From Bacteroidetes bacterium GWF2_33_16 (GTDB taxonomy: Bacteria > Bacteroidota > Bacteroidia > Bacteroidales > UBA12077), in assembly GCA_001768565.1 (NCBI GenBank), contig MEOE01000011.1, positions 140,803 to 204,802 of the forward strand: a DNA stretch of 64,000 nucleotides, written 5' to 3'. Position numbers and translations under genes: made by a program. Each line of letters starts with the position of its first letter. Position 1 is the stretch's first letter. The notes beneath the pieces were generated by a model. It was not told the DNA's origin. It did no database searches and saw nothing but the letters and a program-made list of their open reading frames with translations. Positions 45,418 to 54,802 of the stretch are shown here, piece after piece.

Positions 45418-45614
45418 AGGTATGTTTTTAATTTAGGTTTAAAATTAAAATTATTTTTCTCCTTTACGAATAAATTGAACAATTTCATTCGAATATTTAA
45501 ATATCTAACTGTATTATAAGCACTAACACAAAAGTTCTTTATAAAACCTATTAATAGAAGAAAAAATTCTAAAATATTGATATTTTTGTTCTTCGAAATC
45601 TTAAACTATTGTAA

Positions 45615-46889
45615 ATGAATTCTACTAACAAACAATATATTACTTCAATGATAATTATTGGAGTTTTATTTTTCCTTTTTGGCTTTATAACATGGCTAAA
45701 TGGTATTTTAATTCCTTATTTAAAAATAGCTTGTGAGCTTAATAATCTTCAATCTTTGATGGTTGCATCTTCGTTTTACATAGCCTATTTTGTTATGGCT
45801 ATTCCATCGGGTTGGGTATTGAATAAAACCGGTTTTAAAAATGGAATGATGGTTGGATTATGGATTATGGCTATTGGTGCATTAATCTTTATTCCTGCTG
45901 CCTTAACACGTTCATATCCCATATTTTTAATCGGTTTATTTATTTTAGGAACAGGTCTAACAGTTTTGCAAACATCATCAAATCCATACATAACAATTAT
46001 TGGTCCGGTAGAGACTGCAGCGAGCAGAATAAGCATAATGGGTATTTGTAATAAAATTGCAGGAGCTCTTGCTCCATTAATCCTAGCATACTTTATACTT
46101 AGCGATGGCGATAGTTTTGTAAACAGTTTGGCAAGCATGAGCCTTGCAGAAAAGAATGCAGCACTTGATGCACTCGCGGCGCGTGCAATTGCTCCATATT
46201 CGGTTATTGCAATAAGTCTATTTCTTCTTGGTATAATGATGCGCTTTTCTCCCTTACCTGAAATTGAACGCGAAGAGAATACTGAAACCGACAACTCTTC
46301 TAATAACAATGAAGTAAAAAGTATTTTCCAGCTTCCTCATCTTTGGATGGGTGTTATTGCTTTGTTTTTTTATGTTGGGGCCGAAGTTATTGCCGGAGAC
46401 ACGATTATTCGTTATGGAATGCTACTAGGGATTGATATAGCAGTGGCTAAAGCATTTACAAGTTATACATTGGTGGCAATGGTTGTTGGTTATATTCTTA
46501 TTGGACTAGTGTTAATTCCAAAGGTGATTTCACAAAGAACTGCATTAATACTTAGTGCCTTACTTGGCATTACTTTTACTCTGGCTGCAATATTTACTTC
46601 AGGAACAACATCTGTATTTTTTATTGTTATGCTTGGTTTTGCAAATGCAATTGTATGGCCGGCAATATGGCCTCTTGCAATTCATAATACCGGAAAACAT
46701 ATAAAAACAGCATCATCGCTACTGATTATGGCAATTGCCGGTGGAGCAACATTACCTTTGGTTTGGGGCGCAATGGCAGATTACTTTGCTAATTCGCCTC
46801 AAAATGCTTATTGGATATGTGTTCCATGTTATCTAATGATTTTTTACTTTGGTATGTGGGGATATAAATTAAAACCCATAAAAGCTTAA
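45615..46889 (+). CDS. sugar MFS transporter (glucose/galactose / FucP-like)
   Basis: 12-TM layout. The N-terminal region (IIGVLFFLFGFITWLNGILIPYLK) is typical of GluP/FucP-type MFS permeases. Confidence 0.75.
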   Translation: MNSTNKQYITSMIIIGVLFFLFGFITWLNGILIPYLKIACELNNLQSLMVASSFYIAYFVMAIPSGWVLNKTGFKNGMMVGLWIMAIGALIFIPAALTRSYPIFLIGLFILGTGLTVLQTSSNPYITIIGPVETAASRISIMGICNKIAGALAPLILAYFILSDGDSFVNSLASMSLAEKNAALDALAARAIAPYSVIAISLFLLGIMMRFSPLPEIEREENTETDNSSNNNEVKSIFQLPHLWMGVIALFFYVGAEVIAGDTIIRYGMLLGIDIAVAKAFTSYTLVAMVVGYILIGLVLIPKVISQRTALILSALLGITFTLAAIFTSGTTSVFFIVMLGFANAIVWPAIWPLAIHNTGKHIKTASSLLIMAIAGGATLPLVWGAMADYFANSPQNAYWICVPCYLMIFYFGMWGYKLKPIKA

Positions 46890-46900
46890 TTTTTAAGCAA

Positions 46901-46959
46901 CTTTAAACCTGCCAAAGGCAGGCAAGCTTTTAACTTTTAACTTTTAACTTTAATCTTGA
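46901..46959. repeat. intergenic element: hairpin CCTGCC-AAA-GGCAGG followed by five phased heptads (AGCTTTT AACTTTT AACTTTT AACTTTA ATCTTGA)
   Basis: Hairpin 46908-46922, heptads 46925-46959, ATG at 46962. A related element lies at 56125-56194. Confidence 0.8.
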
Positions 46960-46961
46960 TT

Positions 46962-47867
46962 ATGAATTTAACATTATTGGTTTTAGCAGCAGGAATGGGT
47001 AGTCGATATGGCGGCCTAAAACAACTTGATAAAGTTGGTCCCAGTGGTGAAACAATTATCGATTATTCAGTTTTTGATGCAATCGAAGCTGGTTTCAATA
47101 AAATAGTTTTTATTATCCGCAAGGATATCGAAAAGGAGATGAAAGAGCTTTTATTCGACAAATACAGTAAAAAAATTAAAGTTGAATATGTATTTCAGGA
47201 GCTTGATAATCTACCGAATGGAATAAAACCACCTAAAGATCGAACCAAACCCTGGGGGACTGGACATGCTGTTTTAATGGCTAAAGATATAATTCACGAA
47301 CCATTTGTTGTTATTAATGCTGATGATTTTTATGGCAAAAGTGCATTTAAAGTAGTTGCTGATTATATGAAAAGTCAGCAGAACAACCTTAAAGGAAAAT
47401 ACTGTATGGCAGGTTATTTACTCAAAAATACACTGTCTGAACATGGACATGTTTCTCGTGGAGTTTGCTCTGTGAATGAGAATATGGAAATGACTGATAT
47501 TATTGAAAGAACCAAAATAGGATGGAAGTATGATTTAATCGTCGCAGATGATAATGGAAAAGAACTGGGGCTTATTGGTAATGAATATGTTTCAATGAAT
47601 TTCTGGGGATTTACTCCTGATGTTTTCCCTGCACTTGAGTCTGAGTTTTCTAAATTTATTAATACTAATATGGAAAACTTAAAATCCGAATATTATATTC
47701 CAAGTATTGTAAGTCATCAGGTAAATTCAGGAAATGCGACAGTAAAAGTGCTTGAAGCCACTGATCAATGGTTTGGTGTTACTTACCAGGAAGACAAACC
47801 TATTGTTGTCGAAAAAATTAAAGAACTTACTGCATCAGGAAAATACCCTGAAAAACTATGGAAATAA
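46962..47867 (+). CDS. sugar-phosphate nucleotidyltransferase family protein
   Basis: N-terminal LVLAAGMGSRYGGLKQL signature and VINADDFYG. Confidence 0.7.
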   Translation: MNLTLLVLAAGMGSRYGGLKQLDKVGPSGETIIDYSVFDAIEAGFNKIVFIIRKDIEKEMKELLFDKYSKKIKVEYVFQELDNLPNGIKPPKDRTKPWGTGHAVLMAKDIIHEPFVVINADDFYGKSAFKVVADYMKSQQNNLKGKYCMAGYLLKNTLSEHGHVSRGVCSVNENMEMTDIIERTKIGWKYDLIVADDNGKELGLIGNEYVSMNFWGFTPDVFPALESEFSKFINTNMENLKSEYYIPSIVSHQVNSGNATVKVLEATDQWFGVTYQEDKPIVVEKIKELTASGKYPEKLWK

Positions 47868-48000
47868 TAAGTTATAAAAAAATTTAAGACTATTTATTAA
47901 TAGAGAAATAGTTTTAAAAACTTGTTATAAATGCTTATTCTGGTATTTAATTTGATAACTATATGTTGTTTTATTAATTTAGTCTGAAAAGCAAATTATC

Positions 48001-48729
48001 ATGATTAGAGGTCTCACAAAATCTATAATTCCAGTTTTATTCCTTGTATTATTTAGTTCTTCCAGAACTAATTATTCAATTCAAGACGATAAATACCAAA
48101 AAGTACGCCAGCGAATGGTGCGTGAACAAATAGTCGCTCGTGGTATAAAAGATCAGAAAGTTATTCAAGCTATGATAAAAGTTCCCCGCCATTTATTTGT
48201 TCCCGAGGCTTATGAGCGAATGGCTTATGAAGATAGACCTTTACCAATAGGCGAGGGCCAGACTATTTCACAACCTTATATTGTTGCCTTAATGACAGAA
48301 TTGCTCGAATTAACTCCAAATACAAAGGTACTCGAAATTGGCACGGGTTCAGGTTACCAGGCGGCAATTTTGGGCGAATTGGTCAACGAAGTATATACAA
48401 TCGAAATTGTTGAGATTCTTGGTCAAACATCATCTCAGCTTCTTTCTGATCTTGGATATAAAAATATTCATGTTAAGATTGGTGATGGATATAAAGGATG
48501 GCCCGAAAAAGCTCCATTCGATGCTATAATTGTTACTTGTGCTCCTTCAGATATACCTAAACCTCTTGAAAATCAGCTTAAAGAAGGTGGAAAAATGATT
48601 ATCCCATTGGGTGGTAGTATAGTTCAGGAATTAATACTTCTCGAGAAAAAAAATGGTGATCTAATTAAAAAAGTTGTTGCCCCGGTGCGCTTTGTGCCAA
48701 TGGTTCGTCATGATGGTATCAGGTATTAA
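48001..48729 (+). CDS. pcm: protein-L-isoaspartate O-methyltransferase
   Basis: GEGQTISQPYIVALMTELL, VLEIGTGSGYQAAIL and PLGG motifs. It has an N-terminal signal-like extension. Confidence 0.9.
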   Translation: MIRGLTKSIIPVLFLVLFSSSRTNYSIQDDKYQKVRQRMVREQIVARGIKDQKVIQAMIKVPRHLFVPEAYERMAYEDRPLPIGEGQTISQPYIVALMTELLELTPNTKVLEIGTGSGYQAAILGELVNEVYTIEIVEILGQTSSQLLSDLGYKNIHVKIGDGYKGWPEKAPFDAIIVTCAPSDIPKPLENQLKEGGKMIIPLGGSIVQELILLEKKNGDLIKKVVAPVRFVPMVRHDGIRY

Positions 48730-48773
48730 TTTTAACAATTTCCTTTTATCCTTGTCTAAAAGATAAATTTTTA

Positions 48774-48799
48774 AGAGTCGCGAAAGCGGCTCTTTCTTT
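48774..48799 (+). terminator. terminator hairpin with GAAA tetraloop
   Basis: AGAGTCGC GAAA GCGGCTCT (one G:U pair) followed by TTCTTT. It lies between convergent genes. Confidence 0.55.
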
Positions 48800-49667
48800 A
48801 TAAATCAAGGGCCATTTCATATTGGTTGATTGTAAATTCAAAGCCATTTTTTTTTATAAAACTTTTCATACAATCATCTCTATGATCTATATTGATTAGC
48901 TTTATATAATTATTTTGGGATTTAAACTCATTAAAAAAATAATGTAATAATTCGGTGGCAATTCCCTTTCTTCTAAACTCCTTTTTTACAGATATATTCA
49001 TAATCCAATTTAAGGAAGGATAATATACAAAGGTACCAACCAGCTCATCGCCAATGAATGATCCATAAGAAACAACACTATTCGGTATTCTATTTATTGC
49101 CATTAAACTATTTTCCCATGAAGGTTGCCAATCCATAAAATCTTCAGATAGAAGTAGATCTCTTTTATCAATCCTTTTAATACAATATTTAAATTTCGAT
49201 TTATCACTTAAAACTAACTCAGGAGGTTTAATCCTAAAGCAATCGAACTCTCTTGTTATTTTGAATCCTGTTTTCTGATATGCTTTAATCGCTTTTTCAT
49301 TTACTTGTAAAACTTCAAGCCAAAATTTCTTTACACCATGATCTTTTAATAAAGGAACAGCAAATTCAAACATTTTACCAGCCAATCCTTTTCCACGGTG
49401 TTCTTTTATTATTCCTGTACCAGCATCAAATGCAGATTTTACTCCTTGCCAGTTATCTATACCAATTAATGTGTACCCTACCATTTTGTTTTCAAAATAA
49501 ACTGCTACAGATTTATTAAAATCAACATTGTTTTTAATACATCTATAATTTAAGTTCTCTTCTGTCATATAACTCATATCAACAGCATAGTCACTAAATG
49601 CTTTTACTGATGTTTGGTATAATTCAGGTAAATCTTCTTTTTTAAGATTTTTAAATTGATATTCCAT
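48798..49667 (-). CDS. GNAT-family N-acetyltransferase (two GNAT-like halves)
   Basis: Acetyl-CoA motif regions HRGKGLAGKMF and FRRKGIATELL. Confidence 0.75.
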   Translation of the reverse strand: MEYQFKNLKKEDLPELYQTSVKAFSDYAVDMSYMTEENLNYRCIKNNVDFNKSVAVYFENKMVGYTLIGIDNWQGVKSAFDAGTGIIKEHRGKGLAGKMFEFAVPLLKDHGVKKFWLEVLQVNEKAIKAYQKTGFKITREFDCFRIKPPELVLSDKSKFKYCIKRIDKRDLLLSEDFMDWQPSWENSLMAINRIPNSVVSYGSFIGDELVGTFVYYPSLNWIMNISVKKEFRRKGIATELLHYFFNEFKSQNNYIKLINIDHRDDCMKSFIKKNGFEFTINQYEMALDL

Positions 49668-49862
49668 AGATTAAATTTATTGTGTTATTTAATTATGATA
49701 TAAATTCACTAAAAAAGTTTAATTTAATTCGCTATTTCTCAACTTAATAAATAACAACATAAATAATTTATTAATTTACAATGATTTGAATTATTAAATA
49801 ACCTGATTAAACATTTTAAGTTTTACTTGGTCTATAATGTTGTTATACTCAAAATGTAAAAT

Positions 49863-51080
49863 ATGAAAGATTTTAAATTCTTGTTCATCCTGGCAATAGG
49901 GATGCTAATTCATGTGGCTTGTTCAAATGATTTGAATAAAATAGCCGAGAAAATTCATGATAAAATTGTATCTATTGATACACATACCGATACACCATTT
50001 AATTTCCTTGATGAGAATTATGATGTTGGAAAATGGAACGATTTCGAAAAATCAAGATCGAGAGTTGATTTCCCACGGATGAAAGCTGGCCGTTTAGGTG
50101 GCGTTTTTATGGCAGTATTTATTAATCAGGGTATAAGAACTGATTCTGCAAATATTGTTGCAAAAGCCAGAACATTAGAGTTATTTAATGCTTTACATTC
50201 TAAAGTGAGGTTATATCCAGACCAGGCAGAGATTGCAACAAATGCTGATGATATTTATCGAATCAAAAAAGCTGGAAAAAATGCCGTATATATTGGCGTT
50301 GAAAATGGATATCCTATTGGGCGTGACTTAAATAATATTAAAGAATTCTATGATCTGGATGCCAGATATATCACGTTGTGCCATACTAAAAACAATGATA
50401 TTTGCGATTCATCCACTGATAAAAAAGGACCTGAGTATAATGGGTTAAGTAGTTTTGGCGAAGAAGTAGTAAAAGAAATGAATCGCCTGGGAATGATGAT
50501 TGATGTTTCGCATATTTCCGATTCATCATTTTTTGATATATTAAAACTATCAACTGTGCCAGTATTTGCTTCGCACTCGAGCGCACGAGCTATTTGTGAT
50601 AATCTACGTAATTTCTCAGACGAAATGCTTTACGCACTCAAAGAGAATGGTGGAGTTATCCAGATTTGTATTCTAAGCGATTATGTTAAAACACCTCTGC
50701 CATATCCCGAAAGAGACTCTGCGTTTATGATACTCCGCGAAAAGTATAATAATTTCGATAACATCTCTGATTCACTGCGTATTATGGGGTACCAAGAATG
50801 GGAAGAAACAAATCAAAAATATCCAAAAGTACTAGCAACTGTTTCTGATGCTGTTGATCATATCGATCATGTGGTAAAAACCATTGGAATTGACTATGTT
50901 GGTATTGGAACTGATTTTGATGGTGGTGGTGGTTTAAGTGATTGCAAAGATGCTAGCGAACTTAAAAACATTACGATTGAACTACTAAAGAGAGGCTATA
51001 CTAAGGAGGAAATTGAAAAAATTTGGGGTAGTAATTTTCTAAGGGTTTTTAAAAAAGTTGAAAAAGGTAAATCAATTTAG
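49863..51080 (+). CDS. membrane (renal-type) dipeptidase, peptidase M19, lipoprotein
   Basis: IDTHTDTP, DVSHISD, HSSARAICDNLRNFSDE and GIGTDFDGGGG motifs. Lipobox (IHVAC). Confidence 0.85.
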   Translation: MKDFKFLFILAIGMLIHVACSNDLNKIAEKIHDKIVSIDTHTDTPFNFLDENYDVGKWNDFEKSRSRVDFPRMKAGRLGGVFMAVFINQGIRTDSANIVAKARTLELFNALHSKVRLYPDQAEIATNADDIYRIKKAGKNAVYIGVENGYPIGRDLNNIKEFYDLDARYITLCHTKNNDICDSSTDKKGPEYNGLSSFGEEVVKEMNRLGMMIDVSHISDSSFFDILKLSTVPVFASHSSARAICDNLRNFSDEMLYALKENGGVIQICILSDYVKTPLPYPERDSAFMILREKYNNFDNISDSLRIMGYQEWEETNQKYPKVLATVSDAVDHIDHVVKTIGIDYVGIGTDFDGGGGLSDCKDASELKNITIELLKRGYTKEEIEKIWGSNFLRVFKKVEKGKSI

Positions 51081-51100
51081 TGGTTTTATAATAAATTGAG

Positions 51101-51133
51101 CTTCCATCGAATAATTCGTTGGAAGTTTTTTTT
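51101..51133 (+). terminator. rho-independent terminator
   Basis: Long hairpin CTTCCATCGAAT / ATTCGTTGGAAG (one mismatch) then T8. Confidence 0.8.
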
Positions 51134-51308
51134 ATTCTAGTCAATTATAATATATCGTTCATCAAACTTAATAATATCATTCAATATGAAATCTTAGTAT
51201 TGACCAAAATTTTTATGATTTGTTTTTAATTAAATCAATTAATTCATACTTTTAATTCAGAATTTTCAACAGTATTAATAATTTACTAACCAATAAAAAT
51301 TTACAACT

Positions 51309-51572
51309 ATGAAAAAAATTCTTTTAATTTTAGCTGCGGTTGCTCTAATTTCAATGCCTTTTATAATGAGTTCATGCGAAGAAGATAGCGCATTGTCATG
51401 TACTGAATTGATTTCAAAAATATCCAAAACTCAAACTGCTTATTATCTTGATTCGGACAATTCATCAAAATGCAATGACTATAAAAAAGCTATTAAAGCA
51501 TATTTAGACAGTGATTGTGATAACCTTGATAGTTCGTATCAAACTATTTATAATAGTTTAATTTGCGATTAA
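51309..51572 (+). CDS. small Cys-rich lipoprotein, hypothetical
   Basis: Lipobox (IMSSC). 87 aa with six Cys. Confidence 0.5.
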   Translation: MKKILLILAAVALISMPFIMSSCEEDSALSCTELISKISKTQTAYYLDSDNSSKCNDYKKAIKAYLDSDCDNLDSSYQTIYNSLICD

Positions 51573-51593
51573 ACTAATTGATTTTTCAATTTA

Positions 51594-51627
51594 AAAGCCG
51601 GAGATTAAACTTCCGGCTTTCTTTTTT
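51594..51627. terminator. bidirectional terminator between convergent genes
   Basis: AAAGCCGGA / TCCGGCTTT stem followed by TTTCTTTTTT. Confidence 0.8.
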
Positions 51628-51656
51628 ACTTATATATGTCTAGACAAATAATAAAG

Positions 51657-52103
51657 TTATAAAAGTTCTAAAATTTCAAATTTATTTCCGTTAAACTCAA
51701 ACTTATCACCTGCTTTTTTGTTTTGAATGGCCTTAAATATTGGAACCTGAGCAGAAATAGCATAAAATTGTGCGTTTTCGAGTTCCATTTTGCCCAAACT
51801 TATCGAAATGAATAGATTCTGCTTATTTGTTATTACAAGGCTTCCAAATTCAACTTTTTCGCTTATTTTTTCCGGATCAATTTTTTTTATAAGTTCTATT
51901 TCTTCCAAAGATTTTTGATATTGTTCCGCAAACAAATCTCTTTTGCGTAATACCTGGGCTCTGAATGAATCATACCTATCTTTTGGCAAACCATATTCAT
52001 TTGCACTTTGTTGCAATTCTTCCATAGCATTTTTAGTATTATCAGCCCTTTCATTCAATATCTGCAGGCATTTTTCGATAAGATTGTACTTTAAATTATT
52101 CAT
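51657..52103 (-). CDS. GreA/GreB C-terminal-domain-like protein
   Basis: The C-terminal half matches the GreA FKBP-like domain pattern (VEFGSLVIT ... ISAQVPIFKAIQNKKAGDKFEF). The N-terminal half is a coiled coil. Confidence 0.55.
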   Translation of the reverse strand: MNNLKYNLIEKCLQILNERADNTKNAMEELQQSANEYGLPKDRYDSFRAQVLRKRDLFAEQYQKSLEEIELIKKIDPEKISEKVEFGSLVITNKQNLFISISLGKMELENAQFYAISAQVPIFKAIQNKKAGDKFEFNGNKFEILELL

Positions 52104-52187
52104 TTTAGAGGTATGATAATTAATTATAAAAATAAAAACTTTCCGAATTATAAACCCGGAAAGTTCGATTATTTGATATGTTAAGCA

Positions 52188-54170
52188 CTATTTTTTTTCT
52201 AACTCAAGTCCTTCGAGCTTTTCCAATTCTTTCTCCATATTCTTTACCATTTTCTCTCTATCAACCTGCTTAAAATTTTCTTCCATTTCAAGTTTTAGTT
52301 TTTCCATATCAATTTTAGCAATTTCTTGTTGTGCTTTTGCCATTTCATTCTGAATTGCCACCATATCAATCTCCTTTGCCAGTTGTTCCCTGTTTTTTTC
52401 AATTTCTACTCTAATCTTGTCAAAGTCAATATTTTCAATTTGTTTTTGAGCTTCTTTCATCTGAAGTTCTATTTCTTCCATATTTATATGTTTAATTTCT
52501 TCGATGGACTCTTGTATTTCTTTCAATTGTTCGTCAAAATCAATTGACTGAATTTTTTGAATATTAAATTCAACTTCCTTCATAATTTCTTCAATATCTA
52601 TTTGTTTAGCTTCTTCAATTGATCTTGCTATATCTTCGTTAATCCTGGCCAAATCAATATGAACATCTTCCATAGCTTCCTGTACATCTTTTTGAATCTT
52701 ATCAAAATCGATTTCTTCGATTTCTTTTATAGCTTCTCTAATATCTTCTTTGGCATCTTTAAGTGCTTCAATTGTCTTATCTATTTCAGGCTGATAAGTA
52801 GCGTATTCACTTTCGGGTATTTTTTTTCCATCGATATAAAGCTCAACAACTTCTCCTTTTTTCAGGGTAAATTTCATTTCTTTCTTCTTTCCATCCTTAT
52901 CCTTGAACTTTTTAATTACTGTATTATCTTCAATATCTATTTCCACATCATGATCAACATGTTTTTTCTTTTTCACGACTTTTGATGTGTCGTTTAAAAA
53001 GCTTTTTGTTTTCTGCACAATTTTTGGATTAATTATTTTTGCAGTATTCGTAACAGGATTTATAAATGGGAAATAATTAGAGTCATAATTCACCATTGCA
53101 TTTGGCTCTGATGATTCTGCTTTGAAATTTGCACTTACTGTAAGTGTTACTATTCCAATAATAACTATAAGCGAAGCTATAATTTTGTCGTTTAAATTTG
53201 ATTTCATTTCTGGTTTCATAATCATTCGTTTTATTCGGTTTAACAATTGCTTTTTTTGCCCCGAGAAAGCTACCGCGGAATAAACTTTTCCGGGAACAAT
53301 TTCTTGAACTGATATCAATGCCTTAGCATAAGTAAGTGATCCATCACAAAGAGGAAGAGCAATATCATCACAACAATTTTCGCGTTCATTACGAACTAAT
53401 GATGAAATATACCAAACTGCAGGATGGAAAAAGAAAATTATTTCGATAATAGATTGAAGAATATTCACAAGGTAATCATGACGTTTTATATGCGCCAACT
53501 CATGTGCTATAATTGCCTCAATCTGATTTTCAGGGATTCCTGTCAACATTCCGGCCGGAAATATGATAACAGGCTTTAAATAACCTAAAACTACTGGAAT
53601 TTTTAATAATTGAGATTCAAGATATTTAATTCTTTTATCAAGTGATAATTTCTTTTCAAGAGTACTAAATTTTTTAATCCATTTTTCTGAAACATAGAGT
53701 ACATTCCGATGCTTTAATCCTTGAGTATAAAGCATACTTAAAATGAATTTTAAAATAAAAATAGTAATGCCGACCAACCAAATATTAACTATAATGGGGA
53801 AATACTGATCAATATTCTGAATTAGGGTTAAGAAACTGCTTTTTACAGATTCCGAAGTTTCATTTCCTAAAAGTAAATTATTGGGATTGGCTAATAAAGT
53901 ACTTTCTTTTAGTATTGTAATCTCCTTATTATCATTGTTATAATTAACAGGCTCGTAATATCTGATAAAATTAAAAACCGAAATTCCAACAATAAGTAAC
54001 AATGAAAGAAGAGCAACAAAATACCGTATATGTGAAGAAAGATATTTAGATAGTTTAAAAAACAGACCAAGCAAAAAAGCCAATAAAAAACTTTGCCACA
54101 AGACATGCATAAATGTCCATCCAAGGGCACTAATTATTTCATCTGATATAAATTGATTGATAGTATACAT
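52188..54170 (-). CDS. BlaR1-type M56 peptidase signal transducer with a C-terminal E/K-rich repeat domain
   Basis: HELAHIKRHD zinc motif after four N-terminal TM helices. A further TM helix (IIASLIVIIGIVTLTV) is followed by about 310 aa ending in about eight 19-20-aa repeats that each start with ID[FMIL]. Confidence 0.8.
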   Translation of the reverse strand: MYTINQFISDEIISALGWTFMHVLWQSFLLAFLLGLFFKLSKYLSSHIRYFVALLSLLLIVGISVFNFIRYYEPVNYNNDNKEITILKESTLLANPNNLLLGNETSESVKSSFLTLIQNIDQYFPIIVNIWLVGITIFILKFILSMLYTQGLKHRNVLYVSEKWIKKFSTLEKKLSLDKRIKYLESQLLKIPVVLGYLKPVIIFPAGMLTGIPENQIEAIIAHELAHIKRHDYLVNILQSIIEIIFFFHPAVWYISSLVRNERENCCDDIALPLCDGSLTYAKALISVQEIVPGKVYSAVAFSGQKKQLLNRIKRMIMKPEMKSNLNDKIIASLIVIIGIVTLTVSANFKAESSEPNAMVNYDSNYFPFINPVTNTAKIINPKIVQKTKSFLNDTSKVVKKKKHVDHDVEIDIEDNTVIKKFKDKDGKKKEMKFTLKKGEVVELYIDGKKIPESEYATYQPEIDKTIEALKDAKEDIREAIKEIEEIDFDKIQKDVQEAMEDVHIDLARINEDIARSIEEAKQIDIEEIMKEVEFNIQKIQSIDFDEQLKEIQESIEEIKHINMEEIELQMKEAQKQIENIDFDKIRVEIEKNREQLAKEIDMVAIQNEMAKAQQEIAKIDMEKLKLEMEENFKQVDREKMVKNMEKELEKLEGLELEKK

Positions 54171-54172
54171 AG

Positions 54173-54562
54173 CTATTCGGTTTTATTCTCAAGACTTTGA
54201 ATCATTTTTTTTATTTCCTGTAATTCTTCTTTCGAGGGCTTGTGATTACCCAATGCCTGCATTACCAGTTTCATTGCCGAACCGGCAAAAGCTTTCTTCA
54301 CAAATCCATCGAGTAATTTTCCCTGTGTTTCGGTTTCATCAAGAGTGGGAGTGTAGATATGTTGTTTACTTTCTTTATTTACCTCGAGGATGCCTTTTTC
54401 GGCCATTATCTGCATTATTTTTAGCGTAGTTGTATAGCCTGCTTCTTTAGTTTCGTTTTGCTTATCATTAATAAATTTTACTGTTGATGGCCCGTAAAGC
54501 CATAGAATCTGTAATATTTCAAGTTCCGATTCGGTAGGTTGATATTTTTTTTCTTCGCTCAT
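54173..54562 (-). CDS. BlaI/MecI/CopY-family transcriptional repressor
   Basis: Winged-helix N-terminus (TESELEILQILWLYGPSTVKFINDK). 129 aa. Its stop is 2 nt from the M56 gene start. Confidence 0.85.
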   Translation of the reverse strand: MSEEKKYQPTESELEILQILWLYGPSTVKFINDKQNETKEAGYTTTLKIMQIMAEKGILEVNKESKQHIYTPTLDETETQGKLLDGFVKKAFAGSAMKLVMQALGNHKPSKEELQEIKKMIQSLENKTE

Positions 54563-54597
54563 GATATAAAGACGTATTTAAATCTGTTTTGATGCAT

Positions 54598-54670
54598 TAC
54601 GAATAATTTCGTACAACAAATATATACGACAGTTTTCGTACTTCCAAATTTTTCTACGATTATTTTCGTA
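54598..54670. promoter_or_regulatory. three TACGAN-N4-TTCGTA inverted repeats (candidate BlaI operators) bracketing a TATATTTG -7 box
   Basis: TACGAATAATTTCGTA 54598-54613, TACGACAGTTTTCGTA 54625-54640, TACGATTATTTTCGTA 54655-54670. Minus-strand TATATTTG at 54617-54624. Confidence 0.6.
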
Positions 54671-54802
54671 GATTGTGTGTTAAATAATGTTAATAACTGT
54701 TTTAATGTATATTACAAATATTTTATCGAGGTTGGGAATGTTGACAAAGGAGAACCAAAACAGTAAATTTGTATTAATTATTAACTAATTGGTAAGAGAA
54801 AA

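Noticed and set aside
45785-46309. 174-aa minus-strand ORF (and 45860-46051 on plus) inside the MFS transporter gene
   Set aside because: It is antisense or out of frame relative to a 12-TM permease with clear family features, and I see no independent start or terminator signals.
52326-52985. Plus-strand ORFs (73 and 108 aa) rich in F/L/I opposite the BlaR1 tail
   Set aside because: They are the complement of the GAA/AAA-rich (E/K) repeat coding sequence. This is a low-complexity artefact.
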